The notes below the pieces were generated by a model. That model was not told the DNA's origin. It saw only the letters and a program-made list of their open reading frames with translations, and did not search any database. Below are positions 32,007-35,048 of a stretch of 35,048 nt of DNA, in pieces. A program made the translations under genes and the position numbers. How positions within the stretch are numbered: the first letter of the stretch is position 1; each line of letters opens with the position of its first letter. Origin of the DNA: Candidatus Altarchaeum sp. CG2_30_32_3053 (GTDB lineage: Archaea; Altiarchaeota; Altiarchaeia; Altiarchaeales; Altiarchaeaceae); assembly GCA_001873845.1 (NCBI GenBank), contig MNZY01000241.1, forward strand, positions 1-35,048, written 5' to 3'.

Positions 32007-32806
32007 ATGGATTTGGATAAAACATTGGTTGTATTTCAGGAAAGAACATTAGAAGAACATGGTATAATGATGAATGGTATTTTTCGGTTGTGGATGTTGT
32101 TGAAGTTTTGACAGATAGTCCTGCTCCACGACAGTACTGGGGAGTTTTAAAAAAAGAGAATCTCAGTTGTTAACAATTTGTTTACAACTGAAACTTCTGT
32201 CAGCGGACGGTAAAAAATATGATACGGATTGTGCGAACACGGAAAACATGTTCAGAATCATCCAGTCAATTCCCTCAAAGAAAGCCGAACCATTTAAGAG
32301 ATGGCTTGCCAAAGTTGGTTATGAAGGGGTGCAGGAAATAGAGAACCATGAACTTGCACAGGTGCGGGCAAAGAAATACTGCGAACTAAAAGGTTACCCT
32401 GACAAAATGATTGAAAAACGATTAAGAGGAATCGCAATCAGGCAGGATTTAACAGATGAATATAAAGAGCGAGGAATTGAAGAGAAAAAGGATTAAAAAG
32501 ATAAAAGGACTTGACCAGAAGTTTAAAAACCAGAATTTACGAGACCACATGACAGATATGGAACTGATTTTTACAAGACACGGCGATGCATCAACGGCAG
32601 AAATAACAAAATCAGATGATTCCAAAGGGTTTGAAGAATGTCTTGAATCATTCACAGAAGGCGGGAAAATTGCCGGTAACGCAAGACAGGAATTGAAGAA
32701 ACGGAAGGGTAAGAAAGTTGTGAGCCGCGATATTTACTATAAAATTATAGAAAAAGTGCAAAAATTAGAGAATGATTTAAAACCAGTATATCAGAAAAGA
32801 AATTAA
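32007..32806 (+). pseudogene. Bro-N domain (phage antirepressor-like) protein, frameshifted
   Basis: IRRTWYNDEWYFSVVDVVEVLT; LKLLSADGKKY; RIIQSIPSKKAEPFKRWLA; NLRDHMTDMELIF; GGKIAGNAR. These occur in different frames, with an apparent deletion near 32493. Confidence 0.85.
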
Positions 32807-32873
32807 AGAAATTTTAATTGTTTTAATTGTTTTATAAAAAACGGATAAAAATTTAAAAGAGGCAAAAGAAGAA

Positions 32874-33070
32874 ATGACAGAATTTATTATAAAGTTATTT
32901 GTGGGGATTGTATAGAAGTAATGAAGTCAATGCCTGAAAATTTTGTCCATCTGATAATTACTTCCCTGTCATATAATGTAGGAAAATCATATAAAAATCA
33001 TAATGACTGTATGCCATACAAAGAATATTTAGGTAGTGATAAAGATGTAAGAAAAGAAGTATGTTATTAA
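32874..33070 (+). pseudogene. N-terminal remnant of an N4/N6 amino-methyltransferase (beta-class-like)
   Basis: ICGDCIEVMKSMPENFVHLIITSLSYNVGKSY...YKEYL; the expected SPPY motif reads SLSY; frameshift near the start; truncated. Confidence 0.75.
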
Positions 33071-33086
33071 GTTCACCGAAGAAAAT

Positions 33087-33317
33087 TTGCAGATCAAATA
33101 CGGTTTTGTTACTTTTGATTTGGCGAAAAATAGAGACTTTGATAAGTACCTTGGAAATGGAAAAATTAGAAAAACTATGAAGCAAACAGAAGTTATGTTG
33201 GTAGTTGATGATGTTAAATTTAGCGGAGGATTACGTGTATTGAACAATTATGAGCACATTGACAAAGTTGGCAATTTTTCTGATTTGGTTGGATGCGTTT
33301 GTAGTTTTTTTAAGTGA
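33087..33317 (+). pseudogene. C-terminal fragment of an unknown gene (possibly the cognate restriction endonuclease)
   Basis: Protein-like open frame without an ATG start, directly after the methyltransferase remnant. The identity is inferred from context only. Confidence 0.3.
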
Positions 33318-33385
33318 AAAACATAAGAAACCGTGCATAAATTTTATCAATTTTTCAAAGAAATTTTAATTATTTTATCAGCAAA

Positions 33386-33670
33386 ATGAAGAAAAAAGAT
33401 TTGGCGGACTACAGAAAAAGGATTGATAAAATTGACGCCAAAATCGGAAAACTTATAAGAGAGCGACTTGAAATTGTAGGAGATGTCGGAAAATTAAAGG
33501 TAAATTCAGGCATTTCTGTTAAAGATGAGGAAAGGATTAAAAAGGTATGTAAAAATTTTGCAGAAAACTCGGGATTATGTCTTAATGATGCAAAAAAAAT
33601 TTATTCACCGTTGATAGAATATTGCATAAAAATGGAAGAGAAAATACAAAAAGAAAACAGTAAAAAATAA
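33386..33670 (+). CDS. Chorismate mutase (AroQ type, monofunctional)
   Basis: LADYRKRIDKIDAKIGKLIRERLEIVGDVGKLK...VKDEER. Confidence 0.85.
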   Translation: MKKKDLADYRKRIDKIDAKIGKLIRERLEIVGDVGKLKVNSGISVKDEERIKKVCKNFAENSGLCLNDAKKIYSPLIEYCIKMEEKIQKENSKK

Positions 33671-33691
33671 TTAACATAACCGACCGCAAAA

Positions 33692-34582
33692 ATGGATGAA
33701 CGAATAAACAGGGAAATTGAACAATGCATAAAACACAGCGGAGAAAGTAATAAAATCAGAAAGGCCTTCTGGTATATGGATGAAAAGGTTGAAAATTTGC
33801 TTTTTGGGATAAGACAGGGAGATGATGCAATTGTTGTCAAAGATATGGTTTTTAATATGGAGGGACCTTATCATTTAAATATCGGAAGAAAAACCGGGCT
33901 TATTCACACGACATCTGATATTGTTGTTATGGGCGCAAAGCCGTTATACGGATTTGATGCAATGCAGGCAAAAAATTTAAAAGAGGCAGAAGATGCGGCA
34001 GAGGATATAAAAAAGCAGAGCGATGGAATAAATGTTCCAATTGTCGGGGGAAATACGCAATGTCTGAAAAATTTAGAATCGTGTGTGTCGTTTTTTGTTG
34101 TCGGAAAAATGATAAAACCAATTCCAGATTCAAATTTACAGGAAAACGATAAAATTTATATTCTCGGAGAGGCAATTGAAGGAGAAATAGGAGACAGGGT
34201 CAAGAAGGCAAACACAAAATTTGAGACATTTTTGGACATGATTGAGAAAACAGAGATAAATGCGGCAAAGGACTGTTCCCGCGGGGGGTGGTTTGGAAAT
34301 TTAACAGAGATGTTGATAAAGTCAAAAAAAGGCATCATAATTAATAATATTCCTTATACAGAATTCAGCAAATATATGGGAAATTATCTTATATCAACAA
34401 AGGATGAGGGTGTAATTGACATTGCGATGCAGCATAAATGTCCGATAACAGAAATCGGAATTGTGACAAATGACCTGGAAGTTAAAATCGGGAAGGAAGT
34501 TGCTGTTGATAAAGAAAAAATTTTAAATTTGATTGATAAATTTCCGTTTAAGAAGCCGCACTTAAAGAAGGAAAAAATTTAA
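33692..34582 (+). CDS. AIR-synthase-related protein (PurM/ThiL/HypE/SelD superfamily)
   Basis: GDDA, SDIVVMGAKP, VGGNT and KDCSRGG motifs. Confidence 0.8.
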   Translation: MDERINREIEQCIKHSGESNKIRKAFWYMDEKVENLLFGIRQGDDAIVVKDMVFNMEGPYHLNIGRKTGLIHTTSDIVVMGAKPLYGFDAMQAKNLKEAEDAAEDIKKQSDGINVPIVGGNTQCLKNLESCVSFFVVGKMIKPIPDSNLQENDKIYILGEAIEGEIGDRVKKANTKFETFLDMIEKTEINAAKDCSRGGWFGNLTEMLIKSKKGIIINNIPYTEFSKYMGNYLISTKDEGVIDIAMQHKCPITEIGIVTNDLEVKIGKEVAVDKEKILNLIDKFPFKKPHLKKEKI

Positions 34583-34779
34583 GAGGTAATCAGAAATTTA
34601 AAGAAAATTTAAGGATTGTTGCCTGTATCTCCGATACATATTCATCGCTCACGCTTGCATATATCACACAAAATACAGGCATTTGTACTATTCACTTATT
34701 GTACCCATTAATTCAGATACATACTCACAGCAGTTATGCTTTTATGTATCCAACCGCAGAATATGGGAAAATTTTATTA

Positions 34780-35048
34780 CATGACTATCGGCTAAATGAG
34801 AAAATTGACCGAATTAAATGTCACCAACCAATTGAAACGAGAATTTTTTCCCATTAATATAATTGAAACTGTTGAAAAACCTCGTTTTTTGAGAAATCGG
34901 AATTTAAAACCGATATGCTCAAACAACCCAAAAATTTGGAATTTACCTAATTTGGGACTTTTTCAACGCTCTCTATGCTTGCATTCATATAAATAACATA
35001 GGAAAGAAAGTAAATAAATTAATGACATTTAATTCGGTCAATAGCCGA
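34780..35048. mobile_element. Non-coding element bounded by long inverted repeats; right end cut by the window edge
   Basis: ATTGACCGAATTAAATGTCA (34804-34823) is perfectly inverted at 35023-35042; TCGGCTA / TAGCCGA lie outside these arms. Confidence 0.7.
34865..34973. mobile_element. Nested 109-bp MITE candidate with IS5/IS1182-like termini
   Basis: GAAACTGTTGAAAAA ... TTTTTCAACGCTCTC; no clean TSD. Confidence 0.5.

Noticed and set aside
33692-34582. selD / selenocysteine system
   Set aside because: Lacks the N-terminal Cys/Sec-x-x-Lys motif of SelD; no in-frame TGA readthrough candidate was seen.
34796-34996. 66-aa ORF near the window end
   Set aside because: Runs through nested inverted-repeat elements and has no recognisable protein features.

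Overview
AT-rich archaeal window. The gene set (thermosome plus DnaK/GrpE, RadB, FwdC, unsplit RpoB with split RpoA1/A2, L30e, archaeal NusA, mevalonate kinase) and low GC suggest Ca. Altiarchaeum or a relative; this is inference only. Most of the window is housekeeping: a chaperone cluster (ths, grpE, dnaK; no dnaJ), radB, cell-surface genes (flippase-like protein, GT2 glycosyltransferase, large anchored surface protein), purF, a sugar-phosphate nucleotidyltransferase, a solitary fwdC, the rpoH-rpoB-rpoA1-rpoA2-rpl30e-nusA cluster, MazG, speB, an N-terminal-half carB, mvk, chorismate mutase and an AIR-synthase-related protein. The less obvious features are: (i) a GrpE with an N-terminal segment resembling an Hsp20/alpha-crystallin domain; (ii) a likely box C/D guide sRNA upstream of carB, with one guide matching 16S rRNA helix 34; (iii) MITEs and IS ends of at least four terminal-repeat types, three about 160 bp long, some sharing an internal CGAACGAAGTGAG motif, and two supplying the stop codons of host genes (carB, mvk); (iv) two paralogous tiny membrane-peptide ORFs after nusA, one frameshifted by tandem duplication; (v) pervasive 10-47 bp tandem duplications; (vi) an AAA-ATG start context without obvious Shine-Dalgarno sites; (vii) decayed GIDE-domain, Bro-N and DNA-methyltransferase pseudogenes. 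All family assignments come from motif recognition by eye; no database search was run.
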